Positions 36,705 through 49,634 of a stretch of DNA of 64,000 bases are shown piece after piece. The notes below the pieces were generated by a model. The model had not been told where the DNA came from and did no database searches. It was given only the letters and a program-made list of their open reading frames with translations. The DNA is taken from positions 206,274,001 through 206,338,000 of the forward strand of contig CM059426.1 in the NCBI GenBank assembly GCA_030390025.1. Reading direction: 5' to 3'. Position 1 is the first letter of the stretch. Each line of letters starts with the position of its first letter. This DNA comes from Squalus acanthias. Lineage: Eukaryota. The translations under genes were made by a program, and so were the position numbers.

Positions 36705-37315
36705 CTCCAAGAAGGACAAGGGCAGCAGGTGCATGGCAACACCAAGTTCCCCTCCAAGTCACACAGCCCGCTTGATTGGCACCCCATCCACCACCTTAAA
36801 CATTCACTCCCTCCACCACCGGCGTACCGTGGCTGCAGTGTGTACCATGTACAAGCTGAGTGGTGACCTGATCGAGGTCTTTAAGATTACGAAAGGGGTT
36901 TGACAGCGTAGACGTAGAGATGATGTTTCCATCTGTGCGGAGACCAAAACCAAGGTCACTAATAAATCCAATAAGGAATTGAGGGGAAACTTCTTTGCCC
37001 AGAGAGTGGTGAGAATGTGGAACTCGCTCCCACACGGACTAGTTGAGGCGAATAGCATAGATACATTTAAGGGGAAGCTAGATAAGTACATGAGGGTGAA
37101 AGGAACAGAAGGATATTCAGATAGGGTGAGATGAAGTAGAGTGGAAGTGGCTTGAGTCGGGAATAAACACCGGCACAGACCAGTTGGGCCGCATGGCCTG
37201 TTTCTGTGCTGTACATTCTACATTACAACAGTGACTACACTTCATTGGCTGTAAAGCGCTTTGGGACGGCCGGTGGTCATGAAAGGCACCATAGAAATGC
37301 AAGTTTTTCTTTCTT
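36705..37315 (+). mobile_element. Chimeric run: rearranged Zenon-like LINE pieces, CR1 3' end (36856-37218), SINE tail (37219-37315)
   Basis: Each piece matches copies elsewhere in the window. Confidence 0.75.
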
Positions 37316-38147
37316 TATGTAATAATTGCCTATTCCCTAAAGAGGGCTGAAAAGCCCACATATTTTAATGTTTGCTTATGTCAGATGGGTGCACACACAC
37401 GCAGGCGTACAGCGAAAGCTACAAAGGACAGTGAAGCAACAGATGGAGAGTACTAAAACTATATTAAAAAGCACTTCTAACTTTTTGGGTGACCTCCTTT
37501 CCAGAGATCGACGCTAGCCATTGTGCATCAATAGTAGAATGGCGTTGCTGCTGCTTGCTTCCCTGACCTGGCCCAAAGTCCTGGCCAACCTTGAAGTGAA
37601 GCACACAGCACCTTCTTATAACTAACATCGCAGAAAGTTATGGCTGGTAATTGATGACATCAGGGCCCTTGTAATGATAATGATAACGTTCCTGCAATGC
37701 CACGCAACCTCAGAGGCCTAGATAGGGAACAATTGAAACTGTGGAATCTCACTCCTGCAGGTAGTAAATTGATCCTCGAGGTTTTTTAAATTTTAATCTT
37801 TTTTTCTTACTTTTCCTTTTTGTGTCTTTTTTTTCTCTCTCTTAATCCAATCTTTCTTTCCCTCTCTTTATTTCTCTTTCTGTTCTGTTTTGACTCCAAT
37901 TCACCCTATTTCCTTCTCAGTCATTCGCTCTGCTTCTTTCTCCATCCTTAAATTTAATTGGTGAAGGAGAGAGACTATTGGTCCCGTTGTTCACTCAGAT
38001 CCCAGATGGCCCGTTGACCTTGCACAAGTTATCAACTCATATTTCCAGCAATTTGTGGCGCAGCATTAGTTGGAGCTGCCCCACTCCAGCAAAGTCTGGC
38101 CAAATACCTTTTGTTTTAGGCTTTCAGAGATGGTTCCAGTGGCAAAT

Positions 38148-38273
38148 GGCCCAGGAAATTTTGGCTTGGCGTAAGTAAAGACATCGTGCCATAATTTCCT
38201 GGAACTTCTGCGTCAGAATAATGCCATAGACCGTAGATGTACTATGGCGCGTGTTTTCAGGAAATTCTGGGCC
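38148..38273. mobile_element. Short palindromic MITE
   Basis: GGCCCAGGAAATTT...AAATTCTGGGCC; flanks AAT/GAT; internal hairpin GCCATAG/CTATGGC. Confidence 0.5.
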
Positions 38274-39360
38274 GATGATTAGGGGCACTGTGACCTCCTC
38301 GTGACCCATGACATACTTGGCTTTGCACTGCAGTCTGTGTTAACATCATGTCGAATTTTGCACCGCAGATACGGCTTTTTACAGGAATTGCGGTAGTCAG
38401 CAGTTCACATTACGTCTCGAAATATTTAAGCTGATTTAAAACCACTGTCAATAAATTTCCCACGTGACATTTGCATTTTAAGACACCATCTCCTTATGAA
38501 AAGATATCTGCCATTTTTTTGGGAGGGGAGTGGAGAAAATCCAGCATCGCTCTGCATTATTTACTTTTAACCAGTCAGAATGTTGATGCTCCCATATGCA
38601 ACTAACTCTTACGATGCTTTTTGACGAGACTTATGTGATTAGGTTATATATTTCCAAAGAAATAACACAAAGACATTTGCGAAACACTTGTTTATGAATA
38701 ACAGAATAGATTGCAGAAAACACATGCTGATTATAAACTAAGGAAATGAGTTAGATGTAAATTAAGGAGTCATTTGATGCACGTCAGTTCTTGCTCGTGA
38801 CTCTGCTCCCAACTGAGTAGTTAAATCTAATGTTGACCAAATCATTACAAATGGGTACAGATAGAATTGAACAGCAGGTGGGAAACTTGTGTTATCATCA
38901 GCACTGAGCAAATCAAGTCCTTAAATCTGTCAAAAATTTAACCTTGATCGTACCCAAGCACTTTGTTCTGTGACAGTTTCAAACTCTCTTCAGTTACTGA
39001 ACTGGCTTGATAATTCCAACCGACCTCCCCTGGGGCAAACAAGTGATTAAAGATGGATATAAAAGCTGGGAAGTGGTGGAGATACCTCAAGAAAGCTTGT
39101 GTGACAAGTGACGTTTTGCAGTCAAAATGTTTGCATGGCTTGTGTACTTTGTATTAGGTTGAGCGGTTGGGGAAGTTGAATGTCTTTCATTCATATGCAT
39201 TGAGCATACCTAAAAGAGAACACAAGAGACAAGAGCAACAGATAAGGAACAAGGTCACTTGCGGTCAGAGCCTTCTGACATCGGTGGTAATCCGGGTAGT
39301 TCTGGAAGCAGTTCCGGGTCTGGTTGGCGCTGGGCTCTACCGTTAACCAAGTAAGGAGGA

Positions 39361-39487
39361 CATGATGCGGAGATGCCGGTGTTGGACTGGGGTGGACAAA
39401 AATGAGAAGTTGCACAACACCAGGTTATAGTCCAACAGTTTTATTTGAAATTACGAGCTTTCGGAGCTCTGCTCCTTCGTCAGGTAC
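39361..39487 (-). mobile_element. 127-bp solo PLE family A pLTR starting at the hammerhead
   Basis: 11-bp TSD AGTAAGGAGGA (39350-39360, 39488-39498); collinear with 7737-7863. Confidence 0.87.
39451..39487 (-). ncRNA. Minimal hammerhead ribozyme motif (family A, CUC site)
   Basis: GUAC-CUGACGA-A-GGAGC-AGA-GCUCC-GAAA-GCUC-GUAA. Confidence 0.78.
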
Positions 39488-39862
39488 AGTAAGGAGGAGA
39501 GGTCTGTGTAACGTATCCTAGATTTAGATATGGGGGTGGGGGGTTGGAAGTTAATGGAAATGAAAATCGGGCGTGGTGTATAACAGGCAGCCGAACCGCT
39601 ACCTTTCATTTTTGCTCCCCCACTGAAGTTGAATTTACCCCCCCTTGGTTCGTGGGCAGGAGTTCTTGCATACAGCAAATCCTATCGCAGAAACGTTAGC
39701 GAAAAAAGAAAGCTGAGTTTCAGGTTATTCATTTTTAATATTAAAACCAACCCTCTAGCCCAGTGGATTAATCTCTTTGTATGATTTGGGACGGTAACGC
39801 TGATTGATCATTCTCCCTTTGGAATGAATTATAATTTGTATTACTTTTGTTCAGAACATAGT

Positions 39863-40070
39863 AGGGCGAAAATTGCGGTCGGAGGCGTACCTCCGGAGTA
39901 CCCCTCCGAACCGGGAAAGAATTACGAATCTACCTGCTGGCGGCCAGGCTCGAAAACCTGAGGTCTCAGGCCTCAAGGCGGAGGGCAGTGTAACGGCCCA
40001 GGGATCCCAGGGACGCAGGCGGTGCGGAAACGTACCTGGGATCACGTGGGCCCTGGTCCTCCAATCACAA
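39863..40070. mobile_element. One end of a Harbinger-like MITE
   Basis: Starts GGGCGAAAATTGCGG; homologous to the reverse complement of 47200-47414. Confidence 0.6.
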
Positions 40071-41333
40071 AGCCATTTTAATTGCATTTTAATCATTTCT
40101 GATATGAATCCCGTAATGAGATGTAAAGGAATCCTGAAATCTAATCTCATTACAAGTTACAGAATTGGAATTTTATTCGTAATTACCTTCATTCCACCAA
40201 CCTCACTAAAAATTAAATTTTTTGATCATTTTAGACATCCATTAAAATTGTAATCTGGGCCAAAATTTGCATGAACTCATTTTGATGCAGCGTATGTGCA
40301 TAATTTACGATATGAAAATGTTTAATTAATGACATGGATATCCCCTTACACTGATGCAAACAGGCCCTGCACCTGTTTGCATCAACCATAACATTGCCAT
40401 GTGCAATCGCTGGCCAGTTAGCCCAACCCTGTGCCAGCGATTGCTTTTTCTTGGCCCGTGCGGCTGGTCTGTCAACATGTACATTGACAGACCGCAAGTT
40501 CCGGATTTTGTGCGTGCGGAAATATGCCACCATACCGACCGTAAATATATTTTTATCCTTGAACACGTAGATAACATGGCAATATTTTTAATGGAGATTA
40601 TTTAATAACTGTAACTTTTTATTTGCTGAGAAAATGCCTCTGAATTTGTTTGTTCGATTTTTAGTAGTGCGATCAACTCAATGACATGACTTCAGTGGCA
40701 AATCAAAGTTGTTGTCAGCCACAATCTCCTGTACCTAACTGAGTTAGAGATAGACACGTAGGAGGAGGAAAGGAAATGAATTCTGCGCCACAACGCAGAT
40801 TGTCCATTAGAACTGGCTAGGTTCGTACTGGAAAGTCAAAGTCAAATCCCTCCTGTGAAACTTGATCCTACTGCATAGGTTTGGCAACTTCAGTTTATGT
40901 GCTCAGAGATGGAATATTATTGTGTAATTTGACAGACTGCAGAGCAAACTCATCTCCAGCTTCTTAACTAAGTAGCAATCCAATTCCGTCTCGATCAGTG
41001 GACTTTATTCCGGTAGCCTGTTTCATCAGGACTCAATCTCCACGACATCAAGCAGTTTTGGTTCGGGTGCCGGTCATCATTGACAGTAGTAACACGACAA
41101 GAGTTATTAGTGCCTGAGCAACAACTCTGATCTTTTACCAGGGACACAACATCTCTTACAGCTGTATTGAGTCATTCTGCATTGATCAAAAACGCCCGCA
41201 TATCATACCACCCAATGAAGCTTGACACACGCCTCCTGCTATTGGAACGCAATCTCAGATACAGTTGTCACCTGAAATCTCGGCTCTTTCATATAGACGT
41301 TCGCGTTCAGAGTTAACCACGATTTACTGAAGG

Positions 41334-41399
41334 GAATGCTAAAAATGCTGGAACCATATTTACTTCAGATTTCCTGCCTCCGCAGTATTCTGCTTTTGC
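41334..41399 (+). mobile_element. 66-bp PLE family B tail micro-insertion
   Basis: TTCAGATTTCC.GC.TCCGCAGTATT.TGCTTTTG is the family B tail; TSD TTACTGAAGG (41324-41333, 41400-41409). Confidence 0.7.
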
Positions 41400-41609
41400 T
41401 TACTGAAGGAAAGTTGCTGCAGCTTGCTTTAGGCTGTGGGTAATCTGTGATTTGGCTATTGGTACTTCAGTATAATTGCTTGAACTCTTTCTCTGCTCCC
41501 AACAACCATCAAGGTCAAATCCATGTGCCATCTGCCCTTGTGGCACTGGTCTGCAGCTGCCTCCCTTGTTGTCCTACCTGATAGCCAGAGCACAATTATG
41601 CCAGGTTTA

Positions 41610-42620
41610 ACAGAAGCAGTTTATCTTTCGAGAGCACACCTTATGTCAAGATATCTCAGGGAACTTTACAGGAAGGAGAAATGAACACTAGGAGGGGGGA
41701 AAAAGATGAATTGAGCGTGAGTGGGGGGAGATCAAAGGCACGGCTTAGCTAAGTTCTTAGGGGGGAAATTCGGTGGCACCCCCTTTCCGCCCCGAAAAAG
41801 TTAGCGCCCCTGTGCCGTAAATTCAGTGGTAGCGCCACGGTATTGCAGGCAACCCTCCCCTGATTAAAGGGGAGGGGCCAAGTGCTGCACGATACCGGGC
41901 CCTGCTGGACCACCGGGGAGCGGGGTGCCGGGAAAATAGCCCGGCACTCAGAGTGGGGTGCTAACGGGAGGCACAAAGCAACCCAATATTTCCCCCTTAG
42001 ACTTTTAAAGGCATGGAGAGAGGTGAAAAGGTGAATGTTGTTTGGAATAGAATTCCAGAGGGCAGGTGTAATGGCTGAAAGTTTGGCCTCTGATGGTGCA
42101 GTGGAGGTAGAAGGGTACAAATAGCAATCGAAACAGGGTGCTGCCTGGGAAGGTTTCCCATATAGGGTGGGGCTGGACCACGAAGAGATTTGCAAATAAG
42201 GGCGAGGATCTTGAAAGGAATTTGCGGTGGCATAGGAAGCTGGCGGTAGCTGGGTGAGGCTGGCGGTGATGGATGGACAGGATTTTGTGCAGGCGAGGAT
42301 CTGGCCTGCCGAGTTCTGATTTTTTGAGATAAACTTCGCGAAGGATGGGAACTGGGAGCCCAGTAAGGACAGCAGTTGAGAAGTACGTCCTTAAGGTAAG
42401 GAAGGCAAGGGTAAGGGGACAGCAGTGAGGGGTGTAAGGGTGTCAGTAGGTAAGATTCAGGAACTGGGAAAGTACAGTCTTGGTGATAGACCAGTGTGGG
42501 GTAAACGCTGTTGGGAAGAGACGCCATCACGTCGAACAGCCTGCCTTCGAGGGCAGTGCATGTGGATTCATTTGAAATGTTTAAAGAAGTAAATGGATGC
42601 CATCCTGGAAACTTCAAAAA
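41610..42620 (-). mobile_element. Old L2 fragment interrupted by a MITE
   Basis: PALWNSIPNNIH, FKILALICKSLRGPAPPY and a tail similar to other L2 copies. Confidence 0.65.
41760..41996. mobile_element. Harbinger MITE
   Basis: GGGGGGAAATT / ATATTTCCCCC termini with canonical TTA TSD (41757-41759, 41997-41999). Confidence 0.82.
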
Positions 42621-42627
42621 TTTATTA

Positions 42628-43050
42628 AAGAAAAGAAAGACTTGCATTTATGTAGCACCTTTCACGACCATCGGACGTCCCAAAGTGCTTTACAGCCAAT
42701 GAAGTACTTTTTTTTTGAAGTGTAGTCACTGTTGTAATGTAGGAAATGTGGCAGCCAGTTTGCGTACAGCAAGCTCCCACGAACAGCAATGTGATAATGA
42801 CCAGATAATCTGTTTTTTTTTGTGGTGTTGATTGAGAGATAAATATTGGCCCCAGGACACCGGGGAGAACTTCCCCTACTCTTCTTGGAAATAGTGCCAA
42901 GGGATCTTTTACGTCCACCTGAGGGAGCAGACGGAACCTCGGTTTAACGTCTCATCCAAAAGACGGCACCTCTGACAGTGCAGCACTCCCTCAGCACTGC
43001 ACTGGAATGTCAGCCTAGATTTTTGTGCTCAAGTCTCTAGAGTGGAAGTC
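42628..43050 (-). mobile_element. Deu-type SINE
   Basis: Reverse complement of the body and tail. Confidence 0.88.
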
Positions 43051-43621
43051 CACTGGAACAGAAAGGAAATTTTGGCCCCAAGATATTTTTACAAGAGAAA
43101 AGCTTACTCTTGACAAAAATCTAATGCCAAATAAATTAATGGTGTTTATTGGACTGATGTGTATCTGATACTGTCATTGCACAGAAGGTGGAAGACGTCC
43201 GCTACTCCTTCTTGATGAACATGTGTGTACAAACTCCCTTATTTTACTTAAGTACCCTTAAATGTTCCCAATATAACCCATAATTTATTTTCTTTGCAAT
43301 GTTCTTCACATTAGCCCTTTGGATAGTTTTGTGTGTTATCATAATATGTACATTTATTGTACAAATGTGACTGGAGAATGATACAGCTAATGTTTATCCA
43401 TTTGTCTCAGAGGAAGCTTACAACCACCGTCATAAAAAACTTATCTATACATGATCTCATTGGTAAAACTAGGAAGGAGATGGAGAGACAGAACGGGAAT
43501 GAAGAAGTGAATACCCGTTCCGACCCCTGTTGGCAACAACCATTGAGTTCCCAACCTTGTGAGCGGAGATAAAGATTCGATTGTCGTACTTAGCAAGACC
43601 TAATGTTGCAGGGGACTCTTT

Positions 43622-44019
43622 GGGGGAGAAATTCGGTATCGCCCCATTTGGGGCGCAATTATCGGCCGGGCGCAAAGTTTAGTGCCTGGTGCTAATTATC
43701 GCCTCCGACTGCAAACTTGGCTTCTATCAGTCAGTCAGCAATGGAACATAGACACACTGGCGCCGGCCAGTTCTTAAAGGGGAGGGTCGATCTTGCTCTC
43801 CATCCACACCCTGCTCATTGCAGCCTTGAATCTCGGCCTGGAGAAACCTGTACATCAAATCTGCTGGAAAGAACAATGGAGAGGCCCAGGGAAAGAGCTC
43901 AGAGTGCAGACCCCATATTCTCTTCTAAATCGATGCAAGGAAGGTCAAATCAAAATGAACCTGCAAAGTGCTGCTCAGTACCCAAAACACCTTCACACAG
44001 GGTTGAATCTCTCCAGAAG

Positions 44020-44050
<31 letters not shown>

Positions 44051-44370
44051 GTGGTGCAAAAATGTCGCCGACAAAAAAAGGCAGGAAGCGGTCGCCTTTA
44101 AATAGCGCTCCTCCAGTCCCTTCCCAACTGCAAAACGTTCCCCTCAACCTGTCATTGCTAGTGGCAGGCGGAAAGGCAGGGGGCACCACTCACTATCCGG
44201 TCCGGGGCGCTACTGGGGCGTTGCACGCTCGACTGACGTCACGATCTGCGGGCGCAGGAGATCGTGGCGGTAGTGTTTAGTGCCGCCGCAAAATGTCTGG
44301 TGAATTTCGCGAGCGGTGCAAACATCGCAGCGCCCGGGCGCTAGTTGCTTTGCGACCCATTAGCGCCCTG
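43622..44370. mobile_element. Harbinger-like MITE containing (CT)n
   Basis: Starts GGGGGAGAAATTCGG; shares TTAAAGGGGAGG and AGCGCC motifs with 41760 and 60548. Confidence 0.65.
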
Positions 44371-44571
44371 TATTATACATAAGAAAGCGTTGCCAAGAGG
44401 GTTTATTAGAATCTTTGCAGGTTATGGGGTTATGTGTTCTCGGTTTGAGGATTGTGTGGGCACAGGTTGTTTGTAATGTGTGGCTCTTCGGGACCTCTTG
44501 TTGATCCTGAAAGATGTTAAAAGGAGGCTGGCTAATGGTTTTATTGGCTATTGGGTTGATATTGCTGAAAA

Positions 44572-44762
44572 GAAAGAAGAAAGGAAGACTTTCATTTATA
44601 TAGCACCTTTCACGACCTCGGGATGTCCCAATATGCTGTACAGCCAATTAAGTATTTTAGAAGCGGAGTCACTGTTGTAATGTAGGAAAGGCGGCAGCCA
44701 ATTTGCGCACAGCAAGCCCCCACAAGCAGCAATGAGGTAATGACCAGATAATCTGCTTTTTG
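44572..44762 (-). mobile_element. Deu-type SINE 3' fragment
   Basis: Reverse complement of the tail. Confidence 0.8.
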
Positions 44763-45259
44763 TGCTGTTGTATGGTGGAATCTAGAGAAATGTGGCTATT
44801 TGGAAACAACTGCAGAGGTGTATAATTATGCATGTGCAGCTGTTTAAAAGTTGTATTCACAACTTAAGTATCTGGTGCTGGATCTTGGGAAATGTTGGTG
44901 GGAGATCTTTAGAGGCACCGGTACAAATAAAAAACTGTATTGCTGGCTCCTAAAGGTGAGCCGATAGCTCGGCCTGTCTGCAGCCAATACAGAACCGGTG
45001 ACCAGCAGCAGTGTCAGCGGTCGTTTGTTGCTGGTGATGTTTTACCTGTAGCAGCGAAGGGAGAGACCAGCTCTTAAATTGGGCTTCTCTGCCCTCGGAG
45101 GCACCAGCGCTGTCTCTCTTACGTTACAGGTCTGCCGCCAGAATCAGCACTGTGATATAAATGTAGCATTAGCCTTTACTGTTGGTGGTTGTGTTCTGCA
45201 TTATTGTTGCTGTTTTGCTGGGAGAGTCATGGAAGGGAACCAGAATTCTCCTTGTAACC

Positions 45260-46610
45260 AATTGTAGACATCTTGATTAAGCAATCGTGCAGTGAAACAA
45301 TTGTTCCCCGAAATGACCAGGAATAAAGAACTTAGAAATACGTTTACGGTCATTATTGTTCCCCAATTTCTTTAAGTTGCTCTCTTAGATTACCATGCTG
45401 TATTTTCTATCTGAGAAGCATGTTAGGTAACCTGTTACCTTCCCCCTCCTGAGCTGCTCAGTAGCTGGTTGTTGGGATATGTGGGTAGACCTTCTCCTGT
45501 GAAGGAATAAGCCATATAACCTGTTCAGAAAAATACACCATCTTATGAAAGAATTCTGGCCTGATTAAAACATGACAAACTGGGTTTGGAAATTTAGAAA
45601 CCTAACTATGAAATAGCTATGAAAACATTCTGGCTATTGAGATAAGATAGTTGTTGACCCTGAATAAATAACTTTATTGAAACAGAAGGCTGAACTTTTT
45701 GGAATGAAACAATGGTTCACCCTGGATAAGTGTTCTAATTTACACTTCGTAAAGAAGCACATAAGATAAGGAACATCTGCCCCTGTAAAGATGACATAAA
45801 GTAAGGAACACCTGCCGTCACACCGTTTTTATATGGTAAACTTAGAACACCTAGAGATGAGACACGAGTCTGGCTGAGTTGGCAGTAAGAGTTGCAGAGG
45901 TTGGCAGAAAAATGACTAGAGATAATTAACTTGCATCAGCAGAAAACCTTAAAGGAAATACCACTGGAAAAGGGTATAAATATTGAACTCTCAAATAGGA
46001 TAACAGACTCGCTTTAATCGGGCAAAGCGATTCTTGGCTTCAGGGGCGGCTCTGTAAGTCTCCAACTCTTTGTACCTCGGGGATCAAAGGTATTTGATTT
46101 TGGTGGATATCCTAAGAACTGTAATACTGTTGTGAAGTTAAGATTTAAAAGTAAGATTCTCTGTTAATAAGATTGTAAGTTTTCTCTTTTTGGAACTGTT
46201 AATGTTGCGATTGACTCACCAACTGTAAATTACATGTCGGTTCTTTAATAAATCTATATATTTTTAGAATTGTCTCACATAAGACTTCTGTATCAAAAAC
46301 TCGCGAACTCAATCTCTGTACACTCTTTGGTGAAGAGTTGCAGAATTCTGAGGGAGTTTTCCGGACCCTCATAATATCTGGAACGTTACTGTCTAGCTAA
46401 ACTTATTAAAAGTGCTATCTGGAGGACGGTAACATTTTCGGGTTGTTCCTTTCCTTTAGGGAGAGATAGTCTGGACCTTTAGACCCAATGAAGCGTCTTT
46501 AGGATTCGGCTACCTCAAACTTTAGTTGAAAGTGAACATCTTGAGAAATACGCCTGATCCGGGGTAGCCCTAAAGGGGCTAGGACTAGTAAATATCCTTT
46601 CACTCCCACA
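45260..46610 (+). mobile_element. LTR-like segment (boundaries uncertain)
   Basis: TATA box GGGTATAAATA ~45972 followed by AATAAA ~46247; ends in ..CCCACA; no TSD identified. Confidence 0.4.
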
Positions 46611-46748
46611 GTGACTCACCTCTGAGTTTTCACTCCCTACGGAAAAATATCTCATCAGCATTCAGCCACTCCCCAGGATGGCCTGGTTGAGAATGAAACC
46701 TCACTGGGCATGGAGCCACAGGCCATGTTATGTCCCACTCCACACAAT

Positions 46749-47414
46749 GGGCTGGATATCCCGACCCCCACGGGTGTGTACGAGGTGTGCACGCACCCGT
46801 AGGGGCCTCGCAAGTGCCGGTTTCAGGCGCGCGAAGCGCATGCGCTAAAACCCGGCACTTCCGATCTGTCAAGAATCCTCTTGACAGATCATCCGCCTGC
46901 CCAGGAGAAGGGCCTGCTTTTACCAGCATAAGAGTTAAAAAAATAAAAAATTACTTTTTTTTTCACTCATTTATAATTTAAAAATACTTTTAAAAAAGGT
47001 ACATTTATTTTTAGCCCCTTGAATTATTTTTTTCAAAAAATTAAATTTTTGTTTAAAATATTTAATTTAATGTAATTTTAACTAATTTTAAATACGTGAT
47101 TTAAACATTTTTTTATTTAATGTTTAACTTTTTTAAGTGATCCCCATTCATACTTTTGACAGATCCGTGTGTAGAGACCTGTCAAAAGTGTGAAGGGGGA
47201 TTCCCTTCTTTGATTGGTTCCCCATGGCCCACCTGATCCCAGGGATGCTTGCGAACCGCCTGCGCCCCTGGGATACCTGGGCCTCTGCCCGCGCGGACCA
47301 GGAGAGGCCCAGGATCGGAAGTCTCGGGACCTACGGAGTCGGCAGGTAAGAGCATAGATTTTTCCCGATCGGAGGCATCCGCACGCAGGAAGCCTCCGAT
47401 CGGAAAATCCGGCC
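46749..47414. mobile_element. Harbinger-like MITE
   Basis: GGGCTGGATATCC / GGAAAATCCGGCC termini; flanks AAT/ACT; AT-rich core. Confidence 0.7.
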
Positions 47415-47679
47415 ACTTATCATTCCACTTTAAAGTGCAATAGTGACTCCTGTAGAGAAAGAACAGGAGTTAGCCACTGAGAGTGCTCACACGTTAGAAG
47501 TTTTATGTTTGTTCTCCAGCTGTACCGGGTGATACAGACTTTTGAAAGCATCCTATTTTCCATTTGTAACAGTATAAAAGGGTTGACAGTCGATAAGATT
47601 AGTGTTGTGTGGGTAGAATTTGGTTCATTACCTAAAAGTTCACGGTAGCAACTGGGTACAAATTTCAAATAATCCCAAA

Positions 47680-48800
47680 GAATCAAAGGGATGGTTAGAA
47701 AAAAATATCTTTACACAGAGGATGGTTAAAGTGAAGAATCCTTTGCCATAAACCATTGTTGAAGTGGAGTCCATAAATTCTTTTTAAAAGCGAATTGGAT
47801 AATTACTTGAAAAAGAAGAATGTTAAAGGGTATGGGAGCAAATAGGGTAGTGGAATTAGACCAGGTGGCTCATGGAAAGGAACACAGGTGAGGACTCGAT
47901 GGGTCAAATGGGCTGTTTCTGCGTCGATGCTGGGACCACGACTGCTTCTAATTTAATTAACTGACCTGGATTCAGAAGCTCAATGCAAAGCGGTCAAATT
48001 TGCCACTGATGCCAATCCAGGAGGGGCAGTGGGCTCAGGAGAGGCAACTTAAAAATTACAGAATGAGTTGGACAAAATATGTAAGCGGACAAAACAATAA
48101 AAAAGGAAATGTAAGGCAAACAAGTGTAAACGCGACACATAGGATGGAAAAATAGAAGGCACATAAATGGTGTTGAAATAGCTAAGAATGAAGCTGCAAA
48201 AGTCCGAGTGGATTAGTTGCTGGACACGTTCGATGAATGCAGAGCAGGAATCAACAAAGCCAATAAGAAGTTGAACTACATAGCCCAATCTGTAGAGTAA
48301 AAGTGAGCGTAAGGTGAATGATTAAACGTTATGATGGTCTGGTCAGACTGCACCTTAAATGTTGCGTTCAACTCTGGTCATCAAGAAGCAACAAGGACAT
48401 TCATGAACTGGAGGGAGTGCAGAGAAAAGCCACAAAGTTGATCCCCAGTCTCAGGCATAAGTGTTATGAGTAAAGACTGCAGATATTTGTGCTTTTCAGC
48501 CCAGAAGGAATACGTTTAAGATGTGATCTTGCAGACGTATATAAGATTGTTACTGGATATAGAAAAAGCTAACCGGCTTATTACTTGAAATGAAACAGCG
48601 GAATTAGAACAAGGGGACACGGGCTCCAGCTAGTAAAAGGTAATTTTTGGAATTTTTTCTTCACTCAAAGAATGGTTAACATGTAGAATGAACTTCCACA
48701 TAAAATTCTGGAAGCAAAATTCCTGGAATTATTATTCAAGAAATAATTGGGGACTACAGTGGAGCGAGTGGGAAGTGTGAACTGGGATTGGTCTTTCTGA
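47680..48800 (+). mobile_element. Old degraded CR1 fragments
   Basis: Decayed CR1 motifs: CTGGTCAGACTGCACCTT, GAACTGGAGGGAGTGCAGAGAAAAGCCACAAAGTTGAT, AGAACAAGGGGACAC, TTCACTCAAAGAATGG. Confidence 0.65.
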
Positions 48801-48939
48801 TCCGTAATTATCTGGTTATTTTTCTCAGTTAAATCTGTAACAATCTAGAACATTTACATGATTACTATTGATTAATGAGATGACGAGAAAGTGTCACCAG
48901 AATGTGGCTTGTAGATGATATCTGTTGCGTAACAACCGA

Positions 48940-49130
48940 TAAGTGCTATCCATGCCTAGAAGCACCTGTGGGTGGTATCTCTGCTTTTAAGTACCTGTGG
49001 GTGGCATCAATGGGTGCAGATAGTGCACATGCCCAGAGGCATCTGTGGGTGGTATTCCTGATTTTAAAGTTCCCGTGGGTGGCATTAAGTCCTCCAGTTG
49101 GTATCATTGCCTTGAAGTATCTGTAGGTTG
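48940..49130 (+). repeat. Degenerate ~29-bp tandem repeat (AAGTACCTGTGGGTGGTATC core)
   Basis: The C.GTGGGTGG core recurs four times, with further decayed units. Confidence 0.6.
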
Positions 49131-49634
49131 TGTAAAGGTCTGTAGTTAGGGTACCAATCCCTATTCACACATTTATTTGCAAATAAGGCGTGGAGAGACT
49201 GATCTCCGGGATCAAAAAATGAAAGCAAAGAGTTGGCAGTGACTGCATAGTCTAGAATAGTTTTAACTAGGGCTACACTACAGGCTGCGATTCAGAATCT
49301 ACCAAGGATGGCTTCCTTTGTCTTATCACACTGCCACCAATGCCCTTCCAGACCCGGAACCTCCACCAAACAGCTGTGTCGTTGCCTCATTTTGAAGTGT
49401 AGAACCTGGACATTTGGTCTTTACTTTCTCATTGGCACTTCATTTGGTGGCATTCTTATGGTGCCGTTATAATATAGGTACTGGCTTTACTGTGCCACCT
49501 GTTCTGGAGTGATTTGAGCCAGCAGCATTGAGTTACGCTGGCATTTGAACAAAGCAGTTCACTGGCAGTGGCACTTACTAACGTTAAAATTGTTAAGACC
49601 GTCCACCTGAGATCTTTTTAAACTTTAAAAACAT

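Noticed and set aside
41000-41320. CpG-containing unique stretch as a coding exon
   Set aside because: All plus-strand frames stop within ~35 codons, the ORF track shows no long ORF on either strand, and no protein is recognisable.
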